The notes: generated by a model not told the origin, from the sequence alone. A DNA stretch of 64,000 nt from Promethearchaeota archaeon (GCA_016840165.1 JAEOSU010000051.1:96001-160000), one strand, 5' to 3'. Shown: positions 30,419 to 41,579, numbered from the stretch's first letter. Made by a program: numbers and translations.

Positions 30419-32140
30419 TCACTTTATGAATTTCCAAGGTTTCTGTTTAACTAATTTATATGCTTTTTTTGAATATTCCTCAACCATACGATGAGTATTG
30501 AAAAACGCTGCTAATGAAATAGCATTTTTACATTTAAATAACCACTCATCATGGTTCATCCATATAGGGATAATCTTATCTTCTAAAATATCATATATTG
30601 CCTTGGAATCGATTTCCCAATCGTTTGAAACCCCAGGATCATTTGGATTGGTGTCATCAGGTCCTATTGACCATCCTGCGGTAGGATTTCTACGATATCC
30701 TTCTAACCACCATCCATCTTGAACGCTTAAATTTAATACGCCATTTAAAGCTGCTTTCATTCCGCTCGTTCCACTCGCTTCGCGATATCGTTCAGGAGTA
30801 TTAAGCCATACATCTACCCCAGACAAAAGCATGTGAGCCAGGTCAATATTATAATTTTCCATAAGAACCACTTTAACCCCATAGTTGTCATATAGATATT
30901 CGCCCGACTCATAGATTTTTTTAATATAATCTTTACCCATTAAATCTTTCGGATGGGCTTTACCGGCGAAAATAAATTGAACTTTACTTTGACAAATTTT
31001 GCCAAGTCGATCAATATCATGAAAAATCAAAACTGCTCGCTTATATGTGGCAAATCTTCGGGCAAATCCTATTGTTATAAGCTCCTCATCTAATAAATTC
31101 CAACTATGACCCTTTTGATAATTAATTAGATTAAACTTATTTTCGATATGCGCATCAAATAAGTCTAAATCATCGATTTCGATTGCATTCTGTAATACTG
31201 ATGGTTTGGATTTCCAATTAGGCCACTTTCTATCAAAAATCTGTTTTATAGGTTTTGATATCCAAAATGGTAAATGAATTCCATTGGTAATGTGATCCAC
31301 TTCATACTGAGGAAACATTTTTCTTGTGATTTCGCCATGTTTTTTAGCGACTGCATTTCTATATCGTGAAAGGCCCATACCAAGAAAAGTCATGTTAAAA
31401 TTGCCGTTATCCTCTGCAATTTTCTTAATAGGTTCGGGCATTCTCTTTTCAAAAACTTTATTAACCAATTCTTTATCAAATCTGTCATGACCAGCGGGTA
31501 CTGGAGTATGTGTAGTAAAAACAACTTTTTCTTTCACGTTATCTAGATTTTTTCCAAGTAAATTATATAATTCAACGGTTGCAAAAGAACCATGTCCCTC
31601 ATTGAGATGGTAGGTTTGTAAATTATTATATCCTAATGAATGTAAAAGTCTTACACCACCAATCCCTAAAATAATTTCTTGGACAATACGATTCCATCGA
31701 GATGTTGAATCATACAAGGATCCTGTCATTTTTTTCATCCATTCCTCATTACCATCAACATCTGTGGTTAATAAATAGATTGGTAAGATATGCCCTGATT
31801 GTCCTATAACTCGATATAGCCATGCGGATACTAACACTTCTTTATTCTCAATCATTAATTTGATTGGTTTATCCACTTTATCAAACTCATAGAAGAAGTT
31901 CCACTCTACTTCTTTTTCTTTTTGTTCCCCCATTTCATTGAAGAGTTGATAAAAATATCCTGAACTATAGCAAAGACAGATAGCCACCATAGGGATTTCT
32001 AAATCCGCAGCGGATCGTACAGTATCTCCCGATAAAACTCCTAACCCTCCACTATATGTAGGAATATTAGAATCCATCCCTATTTCCATTGAAATATACG
32101 CTACAGAGGTGTTATTCTTAAATTCATCACTAATTTCCAT
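30419..32140 (-). CDS. glgP: alpha-glucan (glycogen/maltodextrin) phosphorylase
   Basis: YSGGLGVLSGD, HLNEGH, FTTHTPVPAGHD, ARRFATYKR, PLP site EASGTSGMKA. Confidence 0.92.
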   Translation of the reverse strand: MEISDEFKNNTSVAYISMEIGMDSNIPTYSGGLGVLSGDTVRSAADLEIPMVAICLCYSSGYFYQLFNEMGEQKEKEVEWNFFYEFDKVDKPIKLMIENKEVLVSAWLYRVIGQSGHILPIYLLTTDVDGNEEWMKKMTGSLYDSTSRWNRIVQEIILGIGGVRLLHSLGYNNLQTYHLNEGHGSFATVELYNLLGKNLDNVKEKVVFTTHTPVPAGHDRFDKELVNKVFEKRMPEPIKKIAEDNGNFNMTFLGMGLSRYRNAVAKKHGEITRKMFPQYEVDHITNGIHLPFWISKPIKQIFDRKWPNWKSKPSVLQNAIEIDDLDLFDAHIENKFNLINYQKGHSWNLLDEELITIGFARRFATYKRAVLIFHDIDRLGKICQSKVQFIFAGKAHPKDLMGKDYIKKIYESGEYLYDNYGVKVVLMENYNIDLAHMLLSGVDVWLNTPERYREASGTSGMKAALNGVLNLSVQDGWWLEGYRRNPTAGWSIGPDDTNPNDPGVSNDWEIDSKAIYDILEDKIIPIWMNHDEWLFKCKNAISLAAFFNTHRMVEEYSKKAYKLVKQKPWKFIK

Positions 32141-32228
32141 AATAATATCCTCAATTAAATATCAAGAAAATACTAACTTGAATTATTATATATAAAGTCT
32201 AAATTCATATTTTAAAATCTTATGTGAA

Positions 32229-32882
32229 TTAAATGTTAAGATCTTTATTCGTCAAAATCTCTACTGAGATATTTGAATTCTTTTTATGAAGTATTTTTTC
32301 ATACTCATCAAGTTCCACATCCCAATTATGCATTGGAATCACTATTCTCGGATTAATATCAACTGCTGCATCGGTAGATTCCTCAAAATCCATCGTATAT
32401 GTCCCACCGCAAGGTAACATCGCCACATCAATCTCTTTTAAAGCTAATTTTTTCATCTCAGGGATTCTTTCACTATCTCCTGCATGATATATTTTTTTTC
32501 CATCCGCCTCTAACAAAATACCTGCCCAATTTCGCTCTTTAGGATGAAATGGTTGATTTTTGCTCCTCATTCGTTTTATATTATAAGCAGGAAATAATTC
32601 AATAGTAACATTTTCGATTTCATATGGTTCATATAGGGAAAGACCTTTCCCGTCAAATTTCTCTAATTTTGAAGAAATACTTTTAGGACCTAATAGAACA
32701 GTTGATTCTTTACTAATCTTAGAAATTGAATCCTCGTCAAAATGATCGCCATGTTCATGGCTACATATGATAATATCTGCTTTCTCTTCTTCTTTTGATA
32801 ATTGGTAGGGATCTAAATAGATTATTTTTTTGTCTTCAGTTTCAATTTTAAAAGCAGCATGTTTTAGCCAACTAATTTTCAT
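32229..32882 (-). CDS. MBL-fold metallo-hydrolase (UPF0173/UlaG-like)
   Basis: SHEHGDH, YHAGDS, GGTYTM, IPMHN. Confidence 0.85.
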   Translation of the reverse strand: MKISWLKHAAFKIETEDKKIIYLDPYQLSKEEEKADIIICSHEHGDHFDEDSISKISKESTVLLGPKSISSKLEKFDGKGLSLYEPYEIENVTIELFPAYNIKRMRSKNQPFHPKERNWAGILLEADGKKIYHAGDSERIPEMKKLALKEIDVAMLPCGGTYTMDFEESTDAAVDINPRIVIPMHNWDVELDEYEKILHKKNSNISVEILTNKDLNI

Positions 32883-32988
32883 AAATTTTCCACCTTAATT
32901 ATTGCTCTTGATTTAAAAGACTCTTTTGAATTTTTTAATAATATATTTAATTTAAAAATATGCTCACTAGATTTAGAATGATAATTAA

Positions 32989-33360
32989 TCAGTCCTTAGG
33001 CTCTAAATCCAGCTCTGGTTTCTTAAGCTCTACCTTCTTTAAAATATTAAATTTATCTAAATGATTTAAGCTATAATGATCCAGTTTTTCCAAGAGGGTA
33101 TTATTTTGAAACCTCCTCTTGATGATTGTATTTGGTTTAGGTAACGATCTCGTAAATATCGGTTGGGGAAATTTTTTTCTATTCATTAAATTATTTTCAA
33201 ATTCATTTTTGAGAGTTAAATGCTTTTTGAAGGAGGGATTCTCAGCTTTCAAATAATTAGTGAAATCTTTTCTTAAATTAGCTGAAATGGGAGGGATGCT
33301 TACTCTATCAATACGACATGTTGGGCATTCGCTTTCTTCAAATCCATGAATACATCGCAT
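32989..33360 (-). CDS. hypothetical protein with N-terminal CxH-x6-CxxC putative zinc site
   Basis: MRCIHGFEESECPTC. Confidence 0.6.
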   Translation of the reverse strand: MRCIHGFEESECPTCRIDRVSIPPISANLRKDFTNYLKAENPSFKKHLTLKNEFENNLMNRKKFPQPIFTRSLPKPNTIIKRRFQNNTLLEKLDHYSLNHLDKFNILKKVELKKPELDLEPKD

Positions 33361-33436
33361 ACAAATTCACACTTTTTTTTAACGTTTCTGAGTTCTTTAA
33401 ATTAATTTTATTTTATATTTTTTTTTATTATTATTT

Positions 33437-34555
33437 ATGAATAAATTTCTTTCCGAAATTAAATCACAACCTCAAGCACTCCAAGATACCTTTAATTATA
33501 TCCTCAATGAAGGAAAAAAACAATTCTTAATCATTAAGGATTTCATTAAAAAAGGAGGGATCACGAAATTAATTTTTACGGGTATGGGTTCTAGTTATAT
33601 TAGTTGCTACTTACCATATTATATTCTTAACCAATATGGTATTGCTGTGGAGATGCGCGAAGCAGGAGAATTCTTATTCAATACCTTTCCAATAACAAAG
33701 CAAAATTGTTTTTCAGATACAGGAATCATATTTATTTCACAATCAGGTGAATCAGGAGAAATAAGAGAGCTCTTAAGGAAAGTCAATTCCATCCCTATAG
33801 ATGATAAACCATTGACCATTGGAATCACTAACAATCCTGATAGTTATTTAGCTTATATGACGGAATTACAAATTTTATTGAATTTTGATGATGAGGTTTC
33901 TGTTACCTCGAAAAGTTATGTTTGCACTTTATTGATCCTTTATGTCATGGCAAAAACTATCATCGGTGAATTTTTCATGGATGAGAAGGAATCAGAAAAA
34001 GTGAAGGATTTAATAAAAGAATTAGAAAAATTATTCATGAATGAGGATGAAATCGCTCAAATATGGGAAGACCTATTTACAAAATTCGGTTATGAGTTTG
34101 ATTTTCTAGAAATATTAGCAAGAGGCGCCTCTCTCACCACGGCGCATCAAGCTGCCTTGAATTTTAAAGAAATAGTTAAGAGTTATTCCGAAGCTAATTC
34201 TATCTCCTCTTTTAGGCATGGGGGTATTGAATGCCTTAATGATAAAACTCAATTACTCCTTCTAACGTCAGATCCTAAGAATTTAAAGCTCAATGTAAAA
34301 TTTATAGAAAATTTAATGACGAACTGGAAATGTGGAAAAGTGTTACACTTAACAAATCAAAATTTCGATAATAAAATAGACAAATTACATAAAGATCCAA
34401 AATTAATTTTATATCGACATCAGATTACCGACCCTTTCTTAGCTCCAATCATGGAAATTGCAATCATTCAATTACTTTTTTATAGAATAGCCGAAAAGAA
34501 AGGGTTAGACCCTGGTCTCTTTCAGTTTTCCAAAAAAGTAACAGATGATATTTAA
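33437..34555 (+). CDS. double SIS-domain sugar-phosphate isomerase/deaminase (GlmS C-terminal-like)
   Basis: EIKSQP, GMGSS, SQSGESGE, TNNPDS, TSKSY, FRHGG; no glutaminase domain. Confidence 0.85.
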   Translation: MNKFLSEIKSQPQALQDTFNYILNEGKKQFLIIKDFIKKGGITKLIFTGMGSSYISCYLPYYILNQYGIAVEMREAGEFLFNTFPITKQNCFSDTGIIFISQSGESGEIRELLRKVNSIPIDDKPLTIGITNNPDSYLAYMTELQILLNFDDEVSVTSKSYVCTLLILYVMAKTIIGEFFMDEKESEKVKDLIKELEKLFMNEDEIAQIWEDLFTKFGYEFDFLEILARGASLTTAHQAALNFKEIVKSYSEANSISSFRHGGIECLNDKTQLLLLTSDPKNLKLNVKFIENLMTNWKCGKVLHLTNQNFDNKIDKLHKDPKLILYRHQITDPFLAPIMEIAIIQLLFYRIAEKKGLDPGLFQFSKKVTDDI

Positions 34556-34717
34556 AAAATCTTTTTTGTCCAAAATCTTTAGCTATTTCTAATTAAACGT
34601 TAAAGAAAGACAGAAGAAAATTCATTAATATAACATTTATAAAGTAAAACTAATTTTCTTTATTGTTTGCATAACAATATTAAAATCATAATAATAAACG
34701 AGTAATTAAAAATAAAA

Positions 34718-36496
34718 GTGAATAAAATGGCAAAATGGCATTTAGATGAAAATAAAGCATGGTTCAAAAAGTGGTGGCCTGAAATTGCACCCAAAAACAT
34801 TGACTTTCCCGAGATTTCTCTAGGAGAATTCTTTGAAGAACAGAGGAAAAAATATGCTGCTGATAATATAATGTGGTTTTTAGAATCATGGATGACTTAC
34901 GAAGAAGCTGGTAAAGCAATGGATTCGTTTGCAACTGCCTTACATAATCTTGGAATAAAGCAAGGTGATGTCGTTGCTTTGCTTTTACCAAATAGTTTTC
35001 AATATGTGATAGCATTTTATGCTGCTGCGAAAATTGGAGCGATCCCTACCGGAATAAATACAACATATAAGCCGTTGGAAGTACTCCACCACCTTGAAAT
35101 TACTGAAGCAAAATCATTAATCGTATTAGATGCATTATATGGTGAATCAGTAAAACCTATTGTTGATAAAACAGATCTTGAATTAGTAATTTATACTAAT
35201 GTTGCTGATCTTGCATCTGGACTTTCAGGAGCCATAAAGTTTATTGGAAGACTGATCGGAAAGATTCCCAAAGGAAAAGTTGATTTTAAACCATCATATA
35301 AGTTCTTAGAGTTATTAGAAACCGAACCAAATCTTCCGCAAGTAAAGTTTGACCCAACTACACATCCGGCAACATATATTATGACGGGAGGAACGACTGG
35401 GGTCCCAAAAGCAACCGTTTTAACCCATTTCAATCTTGTGTCCAATGTAAAACAATGTGTTGCTATACTTGGGGGAGAGCAACCTGGTTTGGGCGATATT
35501 GGCGCCTTACCATTATTTCATTCATTCGCAATGACTGCTGTTATGAATGTTGGCATTGGAATGGGAGGTTGGATGATGCTATTTCCACGTCCACCCCCAA
35601 CTGAAGAATTTCTAAAAGACATAAATGAAATTGATGCTCCGAAAGGTTTTGCATATACTGGAGCAGAAATCTTATTTAAGCGAATTGCTGATTTCCCTCA
35701 TTTAGAAAAGTTTCCAGGTATAATGGGTAAACTCAAGCTCAATATTTCTGGAGCTGGTCCGTTACATGCGCCTGTTAGGGATGCATTTGAGAAAAATACT
35801 GGTGGTAGGATTGTGGAGGGTTATGGTCTTTCGGAGGCTACTCCTGTTGTAAGTGCTGGAAACTTATTTGGTGAAAGTCCTATTGGTACTATTGGTATGC
35901 CCTTACCAGGAACAGATTGGGGAATCTGGGATGCTGCTGCTCCAACTTTGGATGCTGGTCCAATTGCTATTGGATTGCCCGGATCAAAATATGGTGAGGA
36001 ACATTCGGGAGAATTATGTGTTTACGGACCGCAAGTAATGAAAGCATACTTGAATCAACCTGAAGAAACCGCAGAAACCTTGCAAAAATGGGATGGTCGA
36101 ATCTGGTTAAGAACGGGTGATATTGGATTTATGAACGAAGATGGCACAGTTGCTCTAAGAGACCGTAAAAAACAACTTATAAAAGTAGCTGGTCACTCTG
36201 TCTTTCCTACAGAGGTAGAAACTATGTTGATGAAGAATGAAGCAGTTAGTGAAGCCGCTGTAGCTGGATTACCGGATCCAGAAGGTAAAGTTGGAGAAAT
36301 TACAAAGGCATGGGTTACTCTTAAACCAGAATATAAAGGTAAAATCACTGAAGAAGAATTAAAAGCTTGGACTGAAGAGAATATGACCAGATGGAAATGT
36401 CCCGCTTTAATTGAGTTCATTGATGAAGTTCCGAAAAATGTACTTGGTAAAGTACAACGTAGAATCTTGCAAGAGGCAGATCCTCTTTACAAATAG
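34718..36496 (+). CDS. long-chain acyl-CoA ligase (AMP-binding)
   Basis: MTGGTTGVPK, EGYGLSEA, RTGDIG, DRKKQLIK, PKNVLGK; likely start ATG 34727. Confidence 0.9.
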   Translation: MNKMAKWHLDENKAWFKKWWPEIAPKNIDFPEISLGEFFEEQRKKYAADNIMWFLESWMTYEEAGKAMDSFATALHNLGIKQGDVVALLLPNSFQYVIAFYAAAKIGAIPTGINTTYKPLEVLHHLEITEAKSLIVLDALYGESVKPIVDKTDLELVIYTNVADLASGLSGAIKFIGRLIGKIPKGKVDFKPSYKFLELLETEPNLPQVKFDPTTHPATYIMTGGTTGVPKATVLTHFNLVSNVKQCVAILGGEQPGLGDIGALPLFHSFAMTAVMNVGIGMGGWMMLFPRPPPTEEFLKDINEIDAPKGFAYTGAEILFKRIADFPHLEKFPGIMGKLKLNISGAGPLHAPVRDAFEKNTGGRIVEGYGLSEATPVVSAGNLFGESPIGTIGMPLPGTDWGIWDAAAPTLDAGPIAIGLPGSKYGEEHSGELCVYGPQVMKAYLNQPEETAETLQKWDGRIWLRTGDIGFMNEDGTVALRDRKKQLIKVAGHSVFPTEVETMLMKNEAVSEAAVAGLPDPEGKVGEITKAWVTLKPEYKGKITEEELKAWTEENMTRWKCPALIEFIDEVPKNVLGKVQRRILQEADPLYK

Positions 36497-36645
36497 TAAT
36501 TTTTTTTCCTAATTTTTCTTTTCTAAATTTACTTCCTAACTTTTTTTAAAAAGCATTATTTAGATTTTATCGGCATTGAATTAGAATCTTTTATTGAAAG
36601 CTAAATTTTTTATAATAAGTACTAATTTGATTATTGTATTGACTT

Positions 36646-37797
36646 TTGAGCAGACTTAAAATGACTAAGGGAATTATATTGTCAGGTGGTTACGGGACGC
36701 GTCTTAGACCACTTTCGTGTTCAATACCGAAATCACTCATGCCAGTGGTAAATAAACCGGTTATTGAACGACAGATAATGCTATTAAAAGCTGCTGGTGT
36801 AAATGAGATTGTTCTTGCTGTCAGTGTAATGTCGGATGTAGTAAAGCATTACTTTGGTGATGGAAAACGATTGAATATAAAGATACACTATACTAACGAA
36901 AAGTATCCTATGGGAACTGCAGGAGCGATTAGATTAGCACAGGAATATTTAAAAGATGATAATTTTTTCATGCTAAACGGAGATGTTATAATGGATTTTA
37001 AGTTTAGTGATATGTTGAAGCACCATCAAAAATGTGGTGGAATTGGTACTATCGCAAGTAGGGTTGTTGAAGATCCCTCGCGATATGGAGTTTTAATCGT
37101 TGATGACCAAACTCATCAATTACATAAGTTTCTTGAAAAGGAAGAATATCATCCTCCCGCAGGAAAAATTAAACCAATGCCAATAAATGCGGGGGTTTAT
37201 ATTCTTGAACCGGATATTTTCTCATATATTCAGCCTAAAAAAAAAGTATCCATTGAAAGAGAGGTATTTCCGCATGTAGCGGATGATGGTAAATTGTTTA
37301 ACTATTCCATATCTGGTATTTGGAAAGATATTGGAAAACCACTAGATTTACTTGAAGCAAATATCCTTTTAATGACTGATATTATTGATTCTTTAGAGGG
37401 AGAAGTGAAGAATCTAATTGATGATTCTGTTAATATTGATCCAACCACTAACATCCATTCCCCATGTACCATCGGGAAAAATGTAATAATTCGGAAGAAT
37501 TGTACTATAGGACCCAATGTTATAATTGGAGATGATGTATACATAGATGAAAATACAAAAATTAACGATTCAATGATATATAACGAATCTTATATCTCTA
37601 AGAATGTATCAATTAATAACGCTATCATATCTGATAACTGTCTCATTGAGAAAAATGTCCAACTAACTGGAACTGACGAAAATCTAATAATTTTAGCTTC
37701 ATTCGTAAAAGTTAATAAAGATGTTAAGCTCCTTTCTAAAAATAATCAATCAATTTCATATTGTCATCATGAAGTAGTTAAAGAAAGTGTAAATTAG
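36646..37797 (+). CDS. NDP-sugar synthase (mannose-1-phosphate guanylyltransferase-like) with hexapeptide-repeat domain
   Basis: LSGGYGTRLRPL, PMGTAGAI, NGDV, WKDIGKP, C-terminal left-handed beta-helix repeats; likely start ATG 36661. Confidence 0.88.
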   Translation: MSRLKMTKGIILSGGYGTRLRPLSCSIPKSLMPVVNKPVIERQIMLLKAAGVNEIVLAVSVMSDVVKHYFGDGKRLNIKIHYTNEKYPMGTAGAIRLAQEYLKDDNFFMLNGDVIMDFKFSDMLKHHQKCGGIGTIASRVVEDPSRYGVLIVDDQTHQLHKFLEKEEYHPPAGKIKPMPINAGVYILEPDIFSYIQPKKKVSIEREVFPHVADDGKLFNYSISGIWKDIGKPLDLLEANILLMTDIIDSLEGEVKNLIDDSVNIDPTTNIHSPCTIGKNVIIRKNCTIGPNVIIGDDVYIDENTKINDSMIYNESYISKNVSINNAIISDNCLIEKNVQLTGTDENLIILASFVKVNKDVKLLSKNNQSISYCHHEVVKESVN

Positions 37798-37815
37798 AAA
37801 AAAAGGAAAATGTAA

Positions 37816-39039
37816 TTGCCAATAATAACTCCTCAGGATATCGCCCATAATTTTTTAAATAAGAAAATATCAAAAAACGAAGCGCTTAAAAGTTTAGAAT
37901 TATTAATCAATGAAAGTTTTGCGCCCGAAGTTCGAGCTGATACTATAAACATTCTTGAACATCTTGCTATTTTTAATCAATCGGTTTATGATCTTTTGGA
38001 AAAATGTTTAATTACAGATGAATCAGATCTCGTAAGATTTACTGCAGCAAGAGTATTAATACAGAATTTCGAAATTTCTGAGGATACTCCCCTATTTTAC
38101 GCTTTAGAAAATGAGCAATCGATTTTTTTTCTTAGGAACTTATTACAGGTCAACCTTAATTCAGAAACTCTTCAAAAACTCCAAACTTTAATTAAAAAAA
38201 AAATTTCTAATTTTTACAATCTTAATCCTGCAGATGCTCAATTCATATTAGATATTGAATACTTGGACTATCTCAAATTTAAAAAAAATTTTAATGAATT
38301 CATTAATAAATTTGATATCCAAGAGAATGAGAAACAAGAATATTTACGAGAAAAGGCAAGATTGGGCTATAAGGGATTAGGAAGAGTGATTAAGAGTGAA
38401 AATGGTTTCATAACTGGATTAAAGTTACATGATTTCGACAAAATACCCAATTCTATCAAAAATTTAAAAAATTTGGAATACTTGGAAATTAAACGATCAA
38501 ATTTGAGCAATTTAGACGAAAACTATGATAATTTACTTAATTTGAAATACTTAATTTTGAGTAATAATAAGTTGGATAAAGTGCACAATTGGATATATGA
38601 GTTTGCACAAAATAGGGATTATGCTGCTAAATACATCAAAAATGGCGTCTCTTATTCTGAAGCTATTATATTAGGATTGCTAGAACTCCTTTTAGGACAA
38701 GCACTTGTAAAATTAGATCAAAATGAATCGTTTAATCAGTCTTTATTATACTACTTTAAAATGAATCAGAATGGTAATCTTATTGGAATCAATATCTCTT
38801 CAGACTTAAATAAAATTGGAATTTTTCCGGAAACGATTTGTTCATTAGTATATCTAAAAGAATTATATTTGCCCAATCAAAACATTAGAATGATTCCGTC
38901 TTGTATTTCTAAATTACAATATTTAGAAACTCTTGATTTAAGTTATAATGAATTAGTTGAACTTCCATCAACAATTAATGATTTAAAGAATCTAAAATAT
39001 TTAAGATTAGAAGGAAATGATATAAAAACTAATAATTAA
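37816..39039 (+). CDS. HEAT-like repeat plus leucine-rich repeat protein
   Basis: N-terminal DESDLVRFTAARVL; LxxLxLxxNxL repeats (LKYLILSNNKL, LETLDLSYNEL, LKYLRLEGNDI). Confidence 0.8.
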   Translation: MPIITPQDIAHNFLNKKISKNEALKSLELLINESFAPEVRADTINILEHLAIFNQSVYDLLEKCLITDESDLVRFTAARVLIQNFEISEDTPLFYALENEQSIFFLRNLLQVNLNSETLQKLQTLIKKKISNFYNLNPADAQFILDIEYLDYLKFKKNFNEFINKFDIQENEKQEYLREKARLGYKGLGRVIKSENGFITGLKLHDFDKIPNSIKNLKNLEYLEIKRSNLSNLDENYDNLLNLKYLILSNNKLDKVHNWIYEFAQNRDYAAKYIKNGVSYSEAIILGLLELLLGQALVKLDQNESFNQSLLYYFKMNQNGNLIGINISSDLNKIGIFPETICSLVYLKELYLPNQNIRMIPSCISKLQYLETLDLSYNELVELPSTINDLKNLKYLRLEGNDIKTNN

Positions 39040-39058
39040 AAAAATCTTAATCATTATT

Positions 39059-39337
39059 ATGGAAAATCTAAAAGAACTAAGCTTAAAAATATACGGGGCA
39101 ATGTTCGAGAATAAGAAAAAAGTCGAACTTGAAGAGCATGAGTATTCTTTTCAGAAATTTTCGAGTGGAGTAAAATATCTAGATTATTTTGGCTATAGAT
39201 TTATCGAGCAAAATCGTCACAAGAAATCAGAATGGGGCAAGAAAGCAAGAGAAGGTCATAAGATTATGTGGGTTATCAAAGGGAGAAGATATCTTTCCCA
39301 GATCTTTGATGGAAAATACAAAGAACTAAAGAAATAG
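39059..39337 (+). CDS. small basic hypothetical protein
   Basis: 92-aa ORF, ATG start, co-oriented with the LRR gene. Confidence 0.65.
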   Translation: MENLKELSLKIYGAMFENKKKVELEEHEYSFQKFSSGVKYLDYFGYRFIEQNRHKKSEWGKKAREGHKIMWVIKGRRYLSQIFDGKYKELKK

Positions 39338-39346
39338 AATTTAAAC

Positions 39347-40477
39347 TTACTTGTTCCCCCTTAACTGTAACTTTTTTTGCCCTATTTTCTTATAAAGATC
39401 ATCCATCGTTAAAGGAGGATCAATTTTCTCTTCTTTACTTTTCAGTTTTATCGCATTTTCTTGGCAAACTAAAACACAACTTCCACATCCTATGCACCGC
39501 TTCGAATTTACCTTAGCAATTTCTTTTACCAATTTAATAGCATCTATTTGACATCGATCAATACATTCTCCACATCCATTACATAATTCACGATCGATCT
39601 CGGCAAGATAATTAGTGGATACAAAATCAACTGGACGTGGAAATCGTTTCAATCCTGCTAAAGAAACACAACAACATCCACAACAACTACAGAAAAAATG
39701 AGGATTTAATGAATTTGCCGCTTGAAGAACTAAACCTTCTTCTTCACTTTTTCTTAAGATTTCCAGTGCTTCATTCTTATTTATCTGACGCCCTTTTCCT
39801 TGATCTATATATATTTGGGCTAAGTGTCCAAAACCAAGATGAGTTTCACGTCTGTCTGTCATTTTACATGGGCGGTTTAACAAATCAGTAGCCTGACGAC
39901 ATAAGCAGTTAGCAACCATAATAGGTTCTTCAGCATTTTTAATCACCTCTCTTGCATAATCATAGGATGGTAATACATTATCGATTTCAATGCTTTCTTC
40001 TACTGGAACCGTACGAAATTGTGGAATTTTAGTTCCATATGATTCCATACCAAAAGCTTCTACCATATACTTTACCGCAGTTTTAAGAAAATCTTTTGAG
40101 AGATTATCTACTTGCAATTCATACATCCCATACATGAATTGAGAATTAGCATAATATTTCTGTTTTCCTTCCTTTTTAGAATGAATCGTACCCTTATGCG
40201 TCATATGATCTAATATTTCTTCTAATTCTTGCTTTGACAATTTGATATCTTTAATACGTTCGTATATAGTTTCCAAAGATTCAAGATTCTCAGACCAAGT
40301 AAAATTTAATTTTGTTGCGATTTTTGCCTCTAAGGGAGTAAATAGGTATTTTAAAACCTCAATTTCAACACCAGACTTAGTTACGGGAAAACCTATCGGA
40401 AAACTGTCGAAATGTTGTTGTAACTTCCTATAGACCTCGAAATCATTCTGTGTCATATGGTTTTGATTATTTATCAT
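39347..40477 (-). CDS. 4Fe-4S dicluster protein, paralog of 3222-4328
   Basis: YRKLQQHFDSFP.GFP.T.SGVEI shared N-terminus; CSCCGCCC; CNGCGECIDRC; CIGCGSCVLVC. Confidence 0.85.
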   Translation of the reverse strand: MINNQNHMTQNDFEVYRKLQQHFDSFPIGFPVTKSGVEIEVLKYLFTPLEAKIATKLNFTWSENLESLETIYERIKDIKLSKQELEEILDHMTHKGTIHSKKEGKQKYYANSQFMYGMYELQVDNLSKDFLKTAVKYMVEAFGMESYGTKIPQFRTVPVEESIEIDNVLPSYDYAREVIKNAEEPIMVANCLCRQATDLLNRPCKMTDRRETHLGFGHLAQIYIDQGKGRQINKNEALEILRKSEEEGLVLQAANSLNPHFFCSCCGCCCVSLAGLKRFPRPVDFVSTNYLAEIDRELCNGCGECIDRCQIDAIKLVKEIAKVNSKRCIGCGSCVLVCQENAIKLKSKEEKIDPPLTMDDLYKKIGQKKLQLRGNK

Positions 40478-40620
40478 TCATTAAAAAATTAATTAGATTT
40501 GCTTGTAAATAATTGCTATATCTATATTAAAATATTGGACTCCAAATAATTTATTATTATGATTATCGATATCAAATATAGGAAGTAGTTAAATACACCA
40601 TATTGAGTTGAGAAATTAAG

Positions 40621-40809
40621 ATGGAAGTGAAAATAGAACTAGATTTGGGTTATTATGAATTTCTAAAATTAGTTAACGTTATCAGTGTAAACAATAAGTC
40701 TATTCAAAATGAAAATGTGAATTTAACTTTTAAAAACTATGATTTAAATAGAATAAAATTTCATTTGGATAAAGAAATTGAAAAATTTAATAAAGCCTTA
40801 AGAAAATGA
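40621..40809 (+). CDS. small hypothetical protein
   Basis: 62-aa ATG ORF filling an otherwise empty gap. Confidence 0.4.
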   Translation: MEVKIELDLGYYEFLKLVNVISVNNKSIQNENVNLTFKNYDLNRIKFHLDKEIEKFNKALRK

Positions 40810-40877
40810 ATCTCAATTTTTAGATATTACTTTAGAACTTCTATCTTAGCGATTTTGCTGAATTTTGTTATAATTTT

Positions 40878-41495
40878 TTATTTTTTTTTTAATATCAATT
40901 CTAAATAAGACTCCCGGATTGAATCATATTTACTGTAGCCAAATAAGGAAAGAAAGTTGAATAGCAAATCTCTTTTTTCTTCAAGTTGTTCTATTGATTC
41001 TGCGATTAATTCAACCTCTAAAAAATAAGTCTTAAGAATAGGCAAGTAATCAATAAGGGCTTCAATTATATTATTTTTATATTCGAACTCATATAGCTCT
41101 CTTTCTTTTTTCACAGTAAAGATTTCACGAAAACCTAAAACAGAAAGGATTTCTTTTAGACTCTCAGCATCATCAAATACAACTTCAACTTCTTTGCGTG
41201 ATTTCGAAACTTTATCAACTTTTTTTCCTTTATAGGTAAAATAGCATATTGAAGATTTAGTTCTTTTCTTTTCCTCCTTACTAAATTCAATTGAATTACG
41301 AATTCTTAATGCTTCATCCGTAAATGCTAAATTACGTAAACCTTTAGGCATATTATAATATGTATCTTCATGAATTAGAGATAACTTATAGATTCCGCCT
41401 TGCTTTTCAAATTCTTGCCGCAATGAAGATGGATCTGAAATCTGAACTTTTACTTCTACTTCTATCAAGATAAGATTCTTTTTTATTGCTAACAA
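40878..41495 (-). CDS. cyaB: CYTH-domain protein (class IV adenylate cyclase/triphosphate tunnel metalloenzyme)
   Basis: EVEVK, EDTYY, DEALRIR, TYKG, VKKERE, FLEVE; true start probably a few codons downstream. Confidence 0.85.
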   Translation of the reverse strand: MLAIKKNLILIEVEVKVQISDPSSLRQEFEKQGGIYKLSLIHEDTYYNMPKGLRNLAFTDEALRIRNSIEFSKEEKKRTKSSICYFTYKGKKVDKVSKSRKEVEVVFDDAESLKEILSVLGFREIFTVKKERELYEFEYKNNIIEALIDYLPILKTYFLEVELIAESIEQLEEKRDLLFNFLSLFGYSKYDSIRESYLELILKKK

Positions 41496-41579
41496 TTATA
41501 ATTTAATATTTTATATAATTATTAATAAAATCGAATGAGCTGAGTGTAAATTTCTCAATATTCTGAGAATGTTCTGAAA

